DNA of 64,000 nt from contig JAFUNS010000001.1 in assembly GCA_017472925.1 (NCBI GenBank), forward strand, positions 39,376 through 103,375. The letters run 5' to 3'. Position numbers and translations under genes: made by a program. Shown here in pieces: positions 1 to 10,600 of the stretch (position 1 is the first letter of the stretch; each line of letters begins with the position of its first letter). The DNA comes from Bacteroides sp. GTDB taxonomy: Bacteria > Bacteroidota > Bacteroidia > Bacteroidales > Bacteroidaceae. The notes under the pieces are model-generated. The model made no database searches. It saw only the letters and a list, made by a program, of their open reading frames with translations, and was not told the origin of the DNA.

Positions 1-2261
1 GTAATCCGAATGATTACCAGCAATTAGGTGATGTGTTCAAATTGTATGATAAGGAAGGTGTGGAAGGTGCCATTACCGGTACTTATACTCCAAGCAAACA
101 AAGTGGTGCCGAAACCATTGTTCGTCGTGAAGATTCTTTGTACTTTGAACATTTGGTTAGAAAAACGCTTGACCGTGTGGTAAATTTGCCCGAAAAGTTC
201 CCTTATAAAGGTGCTACCGTTCTTTACGAAGGCGAAATAGAACCGGCAGAAAGCGGTGAATTCAAGTTTATTTTGTATTATGCCGGTTATATGAAGGTAT
301 ATATCAACAATGAATTGGTTGTACCCGAACGTTGGCGTACAGCTTGGAATCCCAACAGCTACAAGTTCTCTTGCGAATTGGAAGGTGGTAAGAAAGTACC
401 TTTGAAGATTGAATGGTTGCCTGATGGCGGTGTTTCTTATTGTGGACTTCGTGTAATGGCACCTGTAGCTGAAGAAGAACAAGGTAAGCAATCTTGGTGG
501 AGCGAAATGAATCCGGAAATCGATTACTATTTCATGGCCGGTGAAGATATGGACGAAGTAATCAGTGGATATCGTACACTTACAGGTAAGGCTCAGATAA
601 TGCCGAAGTGGGCGATGGGTTACTGGCAAAGTCGTGAAAAGTACAATAGCAGCGATGAAATGCTATCTACATTGAGAGAGTTCCGTGCCCGTCAGATTCC
701 AATTGATAACATTGTACTCGATTGGTTACACTGGCCACAAGATAGTTGGGGTAGTCATGAATTCGACCCCGTTCGTTTCCCAAATCCTAAAGAAATGGTT
801 GATTCCATTCATGCCATGAACGGTCGTGTGATGGTATCTGTATGGCCAAAGTTCTATGCAAGTACTGAACACTACAAGGAGTTTGACGAAAAGGGTTGGA
901 TGTATCAGTTGGCTATTGAGGACAGCATAAAGGACTGGGTTGGTCCTGGTTATTTGGGTTCTTTCTATGATGCTTATCATCCGGAAGCCCGTAAATTGTT
1001 CTGGAAGCAGATGCAAGACCATTATTATCCGTTGGGCTTTGATGCTTGGTGGATGGATGCCAGCGAACCGAACATCCGCGACTGTACCGATATACAATAT
1101 CGCAAGGATTTGAGTGGCCCTACTGCTTTAGGGCCAACAGCCGAATATTTCAATGCATATGCATTGGTGAATGCCGATGCCATCTATAATGGACAACGTG
1201 GGGTAGAACCTGACAAGCGTGTGTTCTTGTTGACTCGTTCTGGTTTTGCCGGTTTGCAACGTTATTCTACAGCTACTTGGAGTGGTGATATTGCTACCCG
1301 TTGGGAAGATATGAAAGCTCAGATTTCTGCCGGTTTGAATTTTGCCGTCAGTGGTATTCCTTATTGGACTATGGATATTGGTGGTTTCTGTGTAGAAGAC
1401 CGTTATGTAGCCGGTCAGGTAGAATATAACAAGACAGGTAAGGAAAATCCTGATTATAAGGAATGGCGTGAATTGAATACCCGTTGGTATCAGTTTGGTG
1501 CATTCTGTCCGTTGTTCCGTGCTCATGGTCAGTATCCTTTCCGTGAAATTTGGAACATTGCTCCTGAAGGTCATCCTGCATACAACTCGGTGGTATATTA
1601 TACCAAACTCCGTTATAACATGATGCCGTATATTTATTCGTTGGCAGGTATGACTCACTTCAATGATTATACCATCATGCGTCCGTTGGTAATGGATTTT
1701 ACTGCTGATACAAATGTAAACAATATCAGCGACCAGTTTATGTTTGGTCCATCCATTATGGCATGTCCGGTGTATGAATATGGTGCACGTAGTCGTGAAG
1801 TTTACCTTCCGAATACTTGTGGCTGGTATGATTTCTATACAGGTAAGTATATGGAAAGCGGTAAGCAAATAGTTGATGCTCCGTATGAGCGTATGCCACT
1901 TTATGTTTGTGAAGGCGCTATTATTCCTTATGGCCCAGATATGCAGTATAGCGATGAAAAGCCTGCCGAAAATATCACCCTTTACATCTATCAAGGTAAA
2001 GATGGTGAGTTTACACTTTACGAAGACGAAAATGTGAACTATAACTATGAAAAGGGTGCATATGCCATGATTCCGTTTACTTATAACGATAACGAAGGTA
2101 CATTGACCATTGGTGACCGTTTGGGTGAGTTCCCCGGCATGTTGAAGGAACGCACATTCAATGTAGTGGTGGTAAGTAAGGATAAACCACAAGCATTCAA
2201 CTTGAAAGCTAAAGGTCAAGTGGTGAAGTATGATGGCACTAAGCAAGTGGTAAAATTATAA
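1..2261 (+). CDS. GH31 alpha-xylosidase with PA14 domain (5'-truncated by window edge)
   Basis: Frame is open from the window start; GH31 motifs WWMDASEP (nucleophile), WSGDI and WTMDIGGF; PA14-like N-terminal part. Confidence 0.9.
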   Translation, partial: NPNDYQQLGDVFKLYDKEGVEGAITGTYTPSKQSGAETIVRREDSLYFEHLVRKTLDRVVNLPEKFPYKGATVLYEGEIEPAESGEFKFILYYAGYMKVYINNELVVPERWRTAWNPNSYKFSCELEGGKKVPLKIEWLPDGGVSYCGLRVMAPVAEEEQGKQSWWSEMNPEIDYYFMAGEDMDEVISGYRTLTGKAQIMPKWAMGYWQSREKYNSSDEMLSTLREFRARQIPIDNIVLDWLHWPQDSWGSHEFDPVRFPNPKEMVDSIHAMNGRVMVSVWPKFYASTEHYKEFDEKGWMYQLAIEDSIKDWVGPGYLGSFYDAYHPEARKLFWKQMQDHYYPLGFDAWWMDASEPNIRDCTDIQYRKDLSGPTALGPTAEYFNAYALVNADAIYNGQRGVEPDKRVFLLTRSGFAGLQRYSTATWSGDIATRWEDMKAQISAGLNFAVSGIPYWTMDIGGFCVEDRYVAGQVEYNKTGKENPDYKEWRELNTRWYQFGAFCPLFRAHGQYPFREIWNIAPEGHPAYNSVVYYTKLRYNMMPYIYSLAGMTHFNDYTIMRPLVMDFTADTNVNNISDQFMFGPSIMACPVYEYGARSREVYLPNTCGWYDFYTGKYMESGKQIVDAPYERMPLYVCEGAIIPYGPDMQYSDEKPAENITLYIYQGKDGEFTLYEDENVNYNYEKGAYAMIPFTYNDNEGTLTIGDRLGEFPGMLKERTFNVVVVSKDKPQAFNLKAKGQVVKYDGTKQVVKL

Positions 2262-2273
2262 AAAGTATATTTT

Positions 2274-2307
2274 ACTCCTCCCTCTATAAGCAGAGGGAGG
2301 AGTTTTT
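2274..2307 (+). terminator. Intrinsic terminator-like or mRNA-stabilising hairpin between GH31 and GH2
   Basis: 12-bp stem ACTCCTCCCTCT/AGAGGGAGGAGT followed by a T run. Confidence 0.7.
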
Positions 2308-2318
2308 ATCATAATATT

Positions 2319-4829
2319 ATGAAAAAGAGTCTGTTATTTATTATCTTAAGCTGTTTGGCTGTTTTTTTTAACTCCTGTAATCGTCAGGAAATAAACACTC
2401 GTCAACGTACTTCTTTCAATAACAATTGGAAATTTTCATTGGGTGATGTGGAAGGTGCTTCTGTGTTCACGTTCGATGATAATGATTGGAGACAATTGAA
2501 TCTTCCTCACGATTGGGCTATAGAAGGTGAGTTTTCTAAGGATAATCCTTCGGGTACAGGTGGTGGTGCCTTGCCGGGTGGTATTGGCTGGTATCGTAAG
2601 ACTTTTGTTGCCGATGAAACTTATGTCGGTAAGAAAGTCTTTATTGATTTCGATGGTGTCTATATGAATTCCGAAGTTTTCATTAATGGAGTTTCATTAG
2701 GCAAACGTCCGTATGGATATATTTCTTTCCGTTACGACCTTACCCCTTATTTGAAGATAGGCGAGGAAAATGTAATAGCTGTTAAGGTAGACAATCAGGA
2801 ACAACCTAATTCACGTTGGTATTCGGGTTGTGGTATTTATCGTAATGTATGGTTGACTGTAACTAATCCGATACACGTTGACTTGTGGGGTACGTATGTC
2901 ACCACTCCTCAAGTATCCGATAAAGAAGCTACTGTTTCTGTTTGTACTTCTATAAAGAATGAAGGTGCTGTCGATGCAGAAGTTAAAGTGGTATCCTCTT
3001 TGCTGGATGCCGAAGGTAATCTGGTAGGGGAAACAACTTCTGTATTACCAATTTCTAAAGATAGTGTGGGTACTTACCAACAAACGATGAAAGTGGATTC
3101 ACCTATTTTATGGTCGGTTAACAATCCTTATTTATATACGTTGGAAACCGAAGTATGGGCCGATGGCAAATTGGTAGATACCTATGAAACCACTACAGGC
3201 ATCCGTTCTTTCGAATTCAGCGCTGAAAAAGGATTTGTCCTTAATGGTGAACAGGTAAAGATAAAAGGTGTATGTATGCATCATGACTTAGGTTGCTTGG
3301 GAGCAGCAGTCAACACTCGTGCCATTGAACGCCAATTGGAAATATTACAGGAAATGGGTTGTAACGGTATCCGTTGCTCTCACAATCCACCGGCTCCCGA
3401 ATTGTTACAACTTTGTGATGAAATGGGATTCATTGTGATGGATGAAACTTTCGATATGTGGCGAAAGAAAAAGACCAGATACGATTATTCCTTGTATTTC
3501 AATGAATGGCATGAACGCGATTTGACCGACTTGATGCTTCGCGACCGTAATCATCCTTCTATCTTTATGTGGAGTATTGGTAACGAAGTACTTGAACAAT
3601 GGAGTGATGCCAATGCCGATACGTTGAGCTTGGAAGAAGCCAATATGATTTTGAATTTCGGACATAGTGCCGAAATGTTGGCTAAAGAAGGCTCAGAAAT
3701 GTCAGTCAACTCTTTATTGACCAAGAAATTGGCCGATATGACTCGTGCTCTTGACCCTACTCGTCCCGTAACAGCCGGATGTAACGAACCGAATCCATAC
3801 AATCACTTGTTTGCATCGGGTGCATTGGATATCATAGGTTTCAATTATCACGATGATTGGTTTATGGGAGTACCCAAAAATTTTCCCGGAAAACCTTTTA
3901 TTGTTACAGAAAGTGTATCCAGCTTGATGACTCGTGGTTATTATAAGATGCCGAGCGATAAGCCGATTTTATGTCCTGAAAGATGGGATAAGCCTTATTA
4001 TGACCCTTCATTCTCTTGTTCTTCGTATGATCATTGTCGGGCTCCATGGGGAAGTCATCACGAAAATACCTTGCGATTGGTGAGCGAAAACGATTTTATC
4101 AGCGGTCAGTACATTTGGACAGGTTTTGATTATATTGGTGAACCTACACCTTACGGTTGGCCGGCTCGTAGTTCTTATTTCGGTATTGTTGATTTGGCAG
4201 GTTTCCCGAAAGACATTTATTATATGTACCAATCGCAATGGACGGATAAGGATGTGCTTCATCTCTTCCCGCATTGGAATTGGGAGGAAGGACAAGAAAT
4301 AGACCTCTGGGCTTATTTTAATCATGCCGACGAGGTGGAATTGTTCGTTAATGGTCGTTCTCAGGGAGTAAGAACCATGCCGGATGACAAATACCATGTC
4401 GTTTGGCGGGTGAAGTACGAACCGGGTACCATTAAGGCGGTATCACGTAAAGATGGTAAAGTGGTTATGGAAAAAGAAATCCATACTGCAGGTGAACCTG
4501 CTCAGATTCGTTTGTCGGCCGACCGTAGTGAAATACAGGCTGATGGAACCGATCTTAGCTTTATTACGGTAGAAATTGTAGATAAGGATGGTAATCTTTG
4601 TCCGAATGCCAATAATTTGGTTAACTTTGATGTCCAAGGAGCCGCTTTTATAGCCGGTGTGGATAATGGTAACCAAACATCCATGGAAAGTTTTAAAGCT
4701 CCTCATCGTAAAGCTTTTTATGGTAAATGTTTAGTTGTTCTTCAAAACAATGGAGAAAGAGGAAACATTCAATTGAATGCAGTTTCAGAAGGACTCGAAA
4801 AAGCAATGTTAAATATTCAAGCAAATTAA
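2319..4829 (+). CDS. GH2 beta-galactosidase
   Basis: GH2 motifs LPHDW, SRWYSGCGIYR, RDRNHPSIFMWSIGNE, WTGFDYIGEP; lipoprotein-like signal (FFNSC). Confidence 0.9.
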   Translation: MKKSLLFIILSCLAVFFNSCNRQEINTRQRTSFNNNWKFSLGDVEGASVFTFDDNDWRQLNLPHDWAIEGEFSKDNPSGTGGGALPGGIGWYRKTFVADETYVGKKVFIDFDGVYMNSEVFINGVSLGKRPYGYISFRYDLTPYLKIGEENVIAVKVDNQEQPNSRWYSGCGIYRNVWLTVTNPIHVDLWGTYVTTPQVSDKEATVSVCTSIKNEGAVDAEVKVVSSLLDAEGNLVGETTSVLPISKDSVGTYQQTMKVDSPILWSVNNPYLYTLETEVWADGKLVDTYETTTGIRSFEFSAEKGFVLNGEQVKIKGVCMHHDLGCLGAAVNTRAIERQLEILQEMGCNGIRCSHNPPAPELLQLCDEMGFIVMDETFDMWRKKKTRYDYSLYFNEWHERDLTDLMLRDRNHPSIFMWSIGNEVLEQWSDANADTLSLEEANMILNFGHSAEMLAKEGSEMSVNSLLTKKLADMTRALDPTRPVTAGCNEPNPYNHLFASGALDIIGFNYHDDWFMGVPKNFPGKPFIVTESVSSLMTRGYYKMPSDKPILCPERWDKPYYDPSFSCSSYDHCRAPWGSHHENTLRLVSENDFISGQYIWTGFDYIGEPTPYGWPARSSYFGIVDLAGFPKDIYYMYQSQWTDKDVLHLFPHWNWEEGQEIDLWAYFNHADEVELFVNGRSQGVRTMPDDKYHVVWRVKYEPGTIKAVSRKDGKVVMEKEIHTAGEPAQIRLSADRSEIQADGTDLSFITVEIVDKDGNLCPNANNLVNFDVQGAAFIAGVDNGNQTSMESFKAPHRKAFYGKCLVVLQNNGERGNIQLNAVSEGLEKAMLNIQAN

Positions 4830-4831
4830 CT

Positions 4832-7039
4832 ATGAAGAAGATTCTATTGTCAATGATTGTGGCTTGTATGGCCATACCAACCTTTTCGCAGGTGCCTGTG
4901 TATTTGGATGACAGCCAACCGATAGAGGCACGTGTACAAGACGCGTTGAGTCGGATGACTTTAAAGGAAAAAGTAAGACTGAGCTATGCACAGAGTAAAT
5001 TCAGCAGTCCAGGTGTTCCCCGATTGGGTATTCCCGAATTGTGGATGAGTGATGGCCCTCATGGAGTCCGTATGGAAATCAATTGGAACGATTGGGGACA
5101 CTCCAACTGGACAAACGATAGTATTACCGCCTTTCCGGCACTTACCGCATTGGCAGCTACATGGAATCCCAACTTGTCGGGAGCATACGGTAAAGCCATT
5201 GGCGAGGAAGCCCGTTATCGCGAAAAAGATGTGATGTTAGGTCCCGGTGTGAACATTTATCGTACTCCACTTAACGGACGTAATTTCGAATATATGGGCG
5301 AGGACCCTTATTTGGCCAGTATCATGGTGGTTCCTTATATTCAAGAAATGCAGAAAAATGGTGTAGCTGCTTGTGTAAAGCATTATGCACTGAATAATCA
5401 GGAAACATGGCGTGGACACATTAATGTACAACTCAGCGAACGTGCTTTGTACGAAATCTATTTGCCGGCTTTCGAAGCAGCTGTAGTCAAGGGTGGCTCT
5501 TGGAGTATTATGGGAGCCTACAACCAGATACATGGTCAACATGCTTGTCATCACGACCGGATGTTGAATCAAATTCTGAAGAAGGATTGGAAGTTTGATG
5601 GCGTTGTAGTAACCGATTGGGGAGGTGCCCACAATACCGAAGAAGCCGCATTGAATGGATTGGATATTGAAATGGGTTCGTACACCAATGGCTTGACCAG
5701 CGAAAGTGACTTCGGTTATGACGATTATTATTTGGGTAAGGCCTATCTTCAGATGATTAAGGATGGCAAGGTGCCGGAATCCATTGTCAATGATAAGGCA
5801 GCTCGTATTCTTCGTCTCATCTTCCGTACAGCTATGAACCGTAACAAGCCTTATGGTGCCATTTGTACCGATGAACATTATGCAACCGCCGAAGAAATCG
5901 GTAATGAAGCCATTGTTTTGTTGAAGAATGCTCCTGTTACCAAGAAGGCTCCGGCTCTTCTTCCGTTGAAGGCTGATTACAACAACATCCTGGTGGTGGG
6001 CGACAATGCAGTACGCAAGCTTAATGAAGGTGGAGGTTCTTCTGAATTGAAAGTCAAGGATATGGTTTCTCCGCTCGACGGACTTCGTGCTTTGTATGGC
6101 AATAAAGTGAAATATGCCAAGGGATATGCGGCCGGACGCCCTATGTATGGTCAGGTAGATGCAATTCCGCAACAGGTGGAAGACTCTCTTCGTGCAGAAG
6201 CTGTAGCCATGGCTCGCGAAGCCGATGTCGTGATTTTGGTAGGTGGCTTAAATAAGAACCATTTCCAGGATTGTGAAGGTGGCGACCGTCAGCACTATCA
6301 TCTTCCTTTTGGTCAAGACAAGTTGATTGAAGAATTGCAAGTAGCAAACCCTAATTTGGTATTGGTACTTTTGAGTGGTAATGCGGTAGAAATGCCATGG
6401 ATAAATAAGGTTCCTGCCATTGTGCAAGGTTGGTATTTAGGTTCTATGGGTGGTAAGTCCATTGCCAATGTGTTAAGTGGTAAGGTAAATCCTAATGGTA
6501 AGCTTCCATTCTCATTCCCTGTAAAACTCACGGATAATGGTGCTCATGCCTTTGATTCATTGAGCTATCCGGGCGATGGTATCAAACAAGTATATAAGGA
6601 AGATATTTTGGTGGGATACCGTTGGCACGATACCAAGAAAATTCCGGCACTCTTCCCGTTTGGCCATGGATTGAGCTACACTACTTTTGCTTACGGTAAG
6701 GCCGTAGCCTCTGCTAAGAAGATGCCTACCGAAGGCTCGTTGGAAATTACCGTCAATGTAAAGAACACCGGTAATGTAGCCGGTAAGGAAGTGGTTCAGC
6801 TTTATATTGGTGATGAAAAATGCAGTGTTATCCGTCCTTTGAAAGAATTGAAGCATTTCAAAAAGATATCTTTGAATCCTGGTGAAGAAAAAACTATAAC
6901 TTTTACTGTTACACCAGACGATTTGAAGTATTACGATGAAACCATGAAAGGGTGGAAAGCCGAAGCTGGTAAGTTTAAGGCGTACATCGGAAGCTCTTCA
7001 ACTGATATCCGTACCACTGTTCCATTTGTTTGGGAATGA
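4832..7039 (+). CDS. GH3 beta-glucosidase
   Basis: GRNFEYMGEDP, CVKHYA, VVTDWGG, PFGHGLSYT, C-terminal FnIII; start moved to MKKILL signal peptide. Confidence 0.9.
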   Translation: MKKILLSMIVACMAIPTFSQVPVYLDDSQPIEARVQDALSRMTLKEKVRLSYAQSKFSSPGVPRLGIPELWMSDGPHGVRMEINWNDWGHSNWTNDSITAFPALTALAATWNPNLSGAYGKAIGEEARYREKDVMLGPGVNIYRTPLNGRNFEYMGEDPYLASIMVVPYIQEMQKNGVAACVKHYALNNQETWRGHINVQLSERALYEIYLPAFEAAVVKGGSWSIMGAYNQIHGQHACHHDRMLNQILKKDWKFDGVVVTDWGGAHNTEEAALNGLDIEMGSYTNGLTSESDFGYDDYYLGKAYLQMIKDGKVPESIVNDKAARILRLIFRTAMNRNKPYGAICTDEHYATAEEIGNEAIVLLKNAPVTKKAPALLPLKADYNNILVVGDNAVRKLNEGGGSSELKVKDMVSPLDGLRALYGNKVKYAKGYAAGRPMYGQVDAIPQQVEDSLRAEAVAMAREADVVILVGGLNKNHFQDCEGGDRQHYHLPFGQDKLIEELQVANPNLVLVLLSGNAVEMPWINKVPAIVQGWYLGSMGGKSIANVLSGKVNPNGKLPFSFPVKLTDNGAHAFDSLSYPGDGIKQVYKEDILVGYRWHDTKKIPALFPFGHGLSYTTFAYGKAVASAKKMPTEGSLEITVNVKNTGNVAGKEVVQLYIGDEKCSVIRPLKELKHFKKISLNPGEEKTITFTVTPDDLKYYDETMKGWKAEAGKFKAYIGSSSTDIRTTVPFVWE

Positions 7040-7081
7040 AAAGTTTGTTGACTTGTTGTTGACAAAACTATGTGATGAAAT

Positions 7082-7385
7082 GCTGTAGGTTCATATGCAG
7101 GTAAGACTGTGTTTTTTTACGTTTTACCTGCAAGCCTTACAGCTGAACTGTGAATCAATAAGTTAGCTTTAAAAACACCTGCAAGGAGCTTGCAAGGGCT
7201 TGCAAGTCCGGATTTACTTGCAAGGATTCCTATTTACATACAACTGAAATTCAATAAATATAGCTGTTAATATCTTAATATACAGGAAACTATTGCTTAA
7301 TTATAGCGTTTTAGGTTATAAATTAAAGTACATTGAATAATAAAATAAAGCGCTTTAATTTATAAAATAAAACGCTTTATTTTAA
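7082..7385. repeat. Composite intergenic repeat: TGCAAG/TGCAGG motifs, IHF-like box, four 22-bp-period units
   Basis: ACCTGCAAG/GCTTGCAAG repeats 7177-7224; AATCAATAAGTTA 7153-7165; units starting at 7298, 7320, 7342, 7364. Confidence 0.6.
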
Positions 7386-7666
7386 CAATGCAACAACTTT
7401 CAACTATGATTTCAACCTGTTTTATCCATGAATGAAATAGGATTAATAACAGTTTTTAAGTGCATAAATAAGGTATATTTCCTATTATAGAGCGAAAAAA
7501 GGTGGTATATACTACTTAAAAGCGTTTTGAAATACCTCAAAATGTAGCTAAAATGTAACTTAAATCATGTTAGTGCGATAGATAAATAGCTAATTCATTA
7601 TGCTATTGTAACTATATAACTAAAATATGCAAAAATAAACTATATGTAGCAAAGTATGAGGATTGG

Positions 7667-10600
7667 CTAACAGTTGTTCTCCTTTCTATAACTTTGTGGA
7701 GTTACATTATAGGTGTTTTTGAAGCATTTACTGAAATACCGTGGTGAGCTAAAACCTGTTTTTTCGGATATTTCTGTAATGTTCATTTCTGGATTATTGG
7801 TTAGGTAATAAACTGCTTTCTTTAATCGAATACTTAGTATTAAATCATTTGGTGTCTTTCCTGTGATACCTTTTAGTTTGACAAATAGTTTTGTTCGGGC
7901 AATACACATTTCTTGCGCAAATTGATTTACATTGAAGTGTGGGTCGTCCATGTGTCTGTCAATTACATGAATGACCTTATCCATAAATTCTCTATCAAGA
8001 GTATTGGTAGCAAAAATTTGTGGAGAAGTATGTGGTTGTTTGGAAAATTTCTCTTGTAGTACAAGCCGGTTGTTTATCAAATTACGGCAACGGGCAAGTA
8101 ATAGGTTTATTTCAAATGGTTTGGTTATGTAATCATCTGCACCGTTTTCTATTCCTTCTAATTTATGTTCCAAAGTAGTGAGAGCCGTCAATAATACGAT
8201 TGGTATATGACATGTATTGATATTATCTTTTACTTTTTTACAAAATTCAATACCCGATATACCAGGCATTGATATGTCGGTTACAATAATGTCGATTTGT
8301 TTTTCTTCGAGTATGCTTAAAGCTTCTTCTCCGTTGGATGCTAATGTTACATTATAATAAGGTGTAAAAATGTCTTTTAACATATCTCTAAGCGATGGGT
8401 CGTCTTCTGCTATTAGGATGTTGAAAGAGCGTTCTTTTAGATCGCCCATACTGAATTTATAGTCCTCTATTGACAATAACTCTTGTTTGTCTTTATCTTC
8501 GAAAGTGATGGTTGCTTCTTTTATTGAAGCTACTTCTTCAGGTTTGAAATGCTTTTTACCTAATGGGAGAGTTACCATAAATGAGGTCCCTTTGTTTATT
8601 TCACTTGTTGCGGTTATAGTTCCATGGTGTAGTTCTACTATACCTTTGGTTAAAGCCAATCCAATTCCGATACCTTTTCCTGTTGACTGCAAAGTATGTT
8701 CTGTTTGATAGAAGCGGTTAAATATATAATTTATTTCTTCATTAGGGATACCACATCCTGTATCTTTTACTTCTATTATTGCATGATCATATTCTTTTCT
8801 TATTGAGATGTCAATATTGTTGTTTTTAGGAGTGTATTGAAAAGCATTGGATAGCAGATTGTTTATTACCTTTTGCATTTGCTTTTCATCGTACCATACC
8901 ATAATCTCTTCATGTGAAGAATGGAATGTCAGTTTTATATGCTTTTTGATGGCATATTCTTGAAACAATAAATAATTCTCGTGTAGGAAGTGTACTATAT
9001 TGTTTTCATAGGCTTTAATTTTCATGAGACCTTGTTCCTGTTTCCTAAAATCAAGAAGTTCGGATATGAGGCTTTGTAATTGCAAACTATTTTTGTATGC
9101 ATTCAGTAACCTGTTATATACAGCTGGAACAAATGACTTGACTTGTAATAATAGCTCTATTTGACTGGTTATCAATGTTAATGGTGTACGGAATTCATGT
9201 GATATGTTGGTAAAGAAGCGCAACTTGTGTTGGTTCATTGTTTCAATATCTTTCGCACGTTTCCTCTCATATTCCAAGCTTGCCTGTAAGCGTATTCTAT
9301 TCTTGTAGATGCTTATGACTATATAAAGGATAAGTACACCAACCAATAAATATATGGTATAAGCAGTATATGTTTGGTACCATGGAGGTAAAATTTTGAT
9401 ATTCAGTTTGCTATATATTTTTTCTTCTTGATTCGATTTTACAATAAGTGTATATTCACCTGGATTTAGATTGGTGTAGGTAATCATTCTTCCATTTCTT
9501 AAAGTTGTCCATTCATCCGAGAAATTTTCCAATTTATAAATAAAATCTTCTTGGCTTAATGAATAATAATTAGTTATGGAATAAGTGATGCTAATCATAC
9601 TTTGGTCATAGTCCAATGTAATTTGATTGGTCTTTGAGAGAGATTCTTTAAGGATACCGGTTTCGTCGTTTGCTTTGATTTCTCTATCGTTTATGAATAG
9701 TTTATGTGGGAGAATACGGAAATTGTATAAATGGGAGTTCAAGTCTTCCAAACGGAATGAAATCATGCCATCTAAACCACCTATAAATAGTTCGCCATCT
9801 TTTGTTTGATAGATGGATTTTTGATTAATCGCCGATAATGGTAGGTTGGAGTTTGCCTTGTAATTTCTCAATATACCCAAATTGACATCTAAATAACAAA
9901 ATCCGTTATCGGTCAAAAATATGAATTTATCAGTTGCTATTTCACATATGCCATAAATGCAGTTACTGAGCAATTGGTTGTTTGTTTCGTTGTAATTGGT
10001 AAAAGTGTTGTTTGCTGGGTCGTATAAATCAATACCTTTTTCTGCGGTGCCGAACCATATCCGGTGTTTGCTGTCTGCATACAAGCAATTGATTCCGTTA
10101 CTGCTCAAACTTTCTTTATCCGATGTATGTTTGTACTGTATCAGTTCACCGCTTTTTAAATCGTAGACAAAAGCACCTTCTTTGGCACCGGCTATCCATA
10201 ACCTGTTGTTATGGTCTATGTGAAGGTCGAGAGCAAGATCTACGTTGGCGTCAGCTTGTATATTTTTAAGCATGGGGGAGAAGGTTTCTTTTTCTATATC
10301 AAATTGATAAATACCGTCATGCGTGGCCAATAACAAGTTGTTTTCATATAAAACTATGTCACAAATAATGTCACTGTTGTGTGACATCTTTTCTTCTTTG
10401 TTTGTTGAATAATGGGTGAATCTTTGTTTTTTGATGTCGAATTTGTTTAATCCTCCCATGTGAGTGCCAATCCATAAAACATCTCTTTTTGAATCATAGA
10501 AAATGGACTTTAAATTGTTGTGGGATATACTGTTTTTCTTTTCTGAATGTTTAAAACGAAGTATGGCTCCATTATTTCGGTTCAGCTTGTATAGTCCGTT

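Noticed and set aside
1128-2246. Long antisense ORFs (also 21045-22217, 49122-49991, 61500-62249 and others)
   Set aside because: Shadows of well-supported genes on the opposite strand; no recognisable motifs
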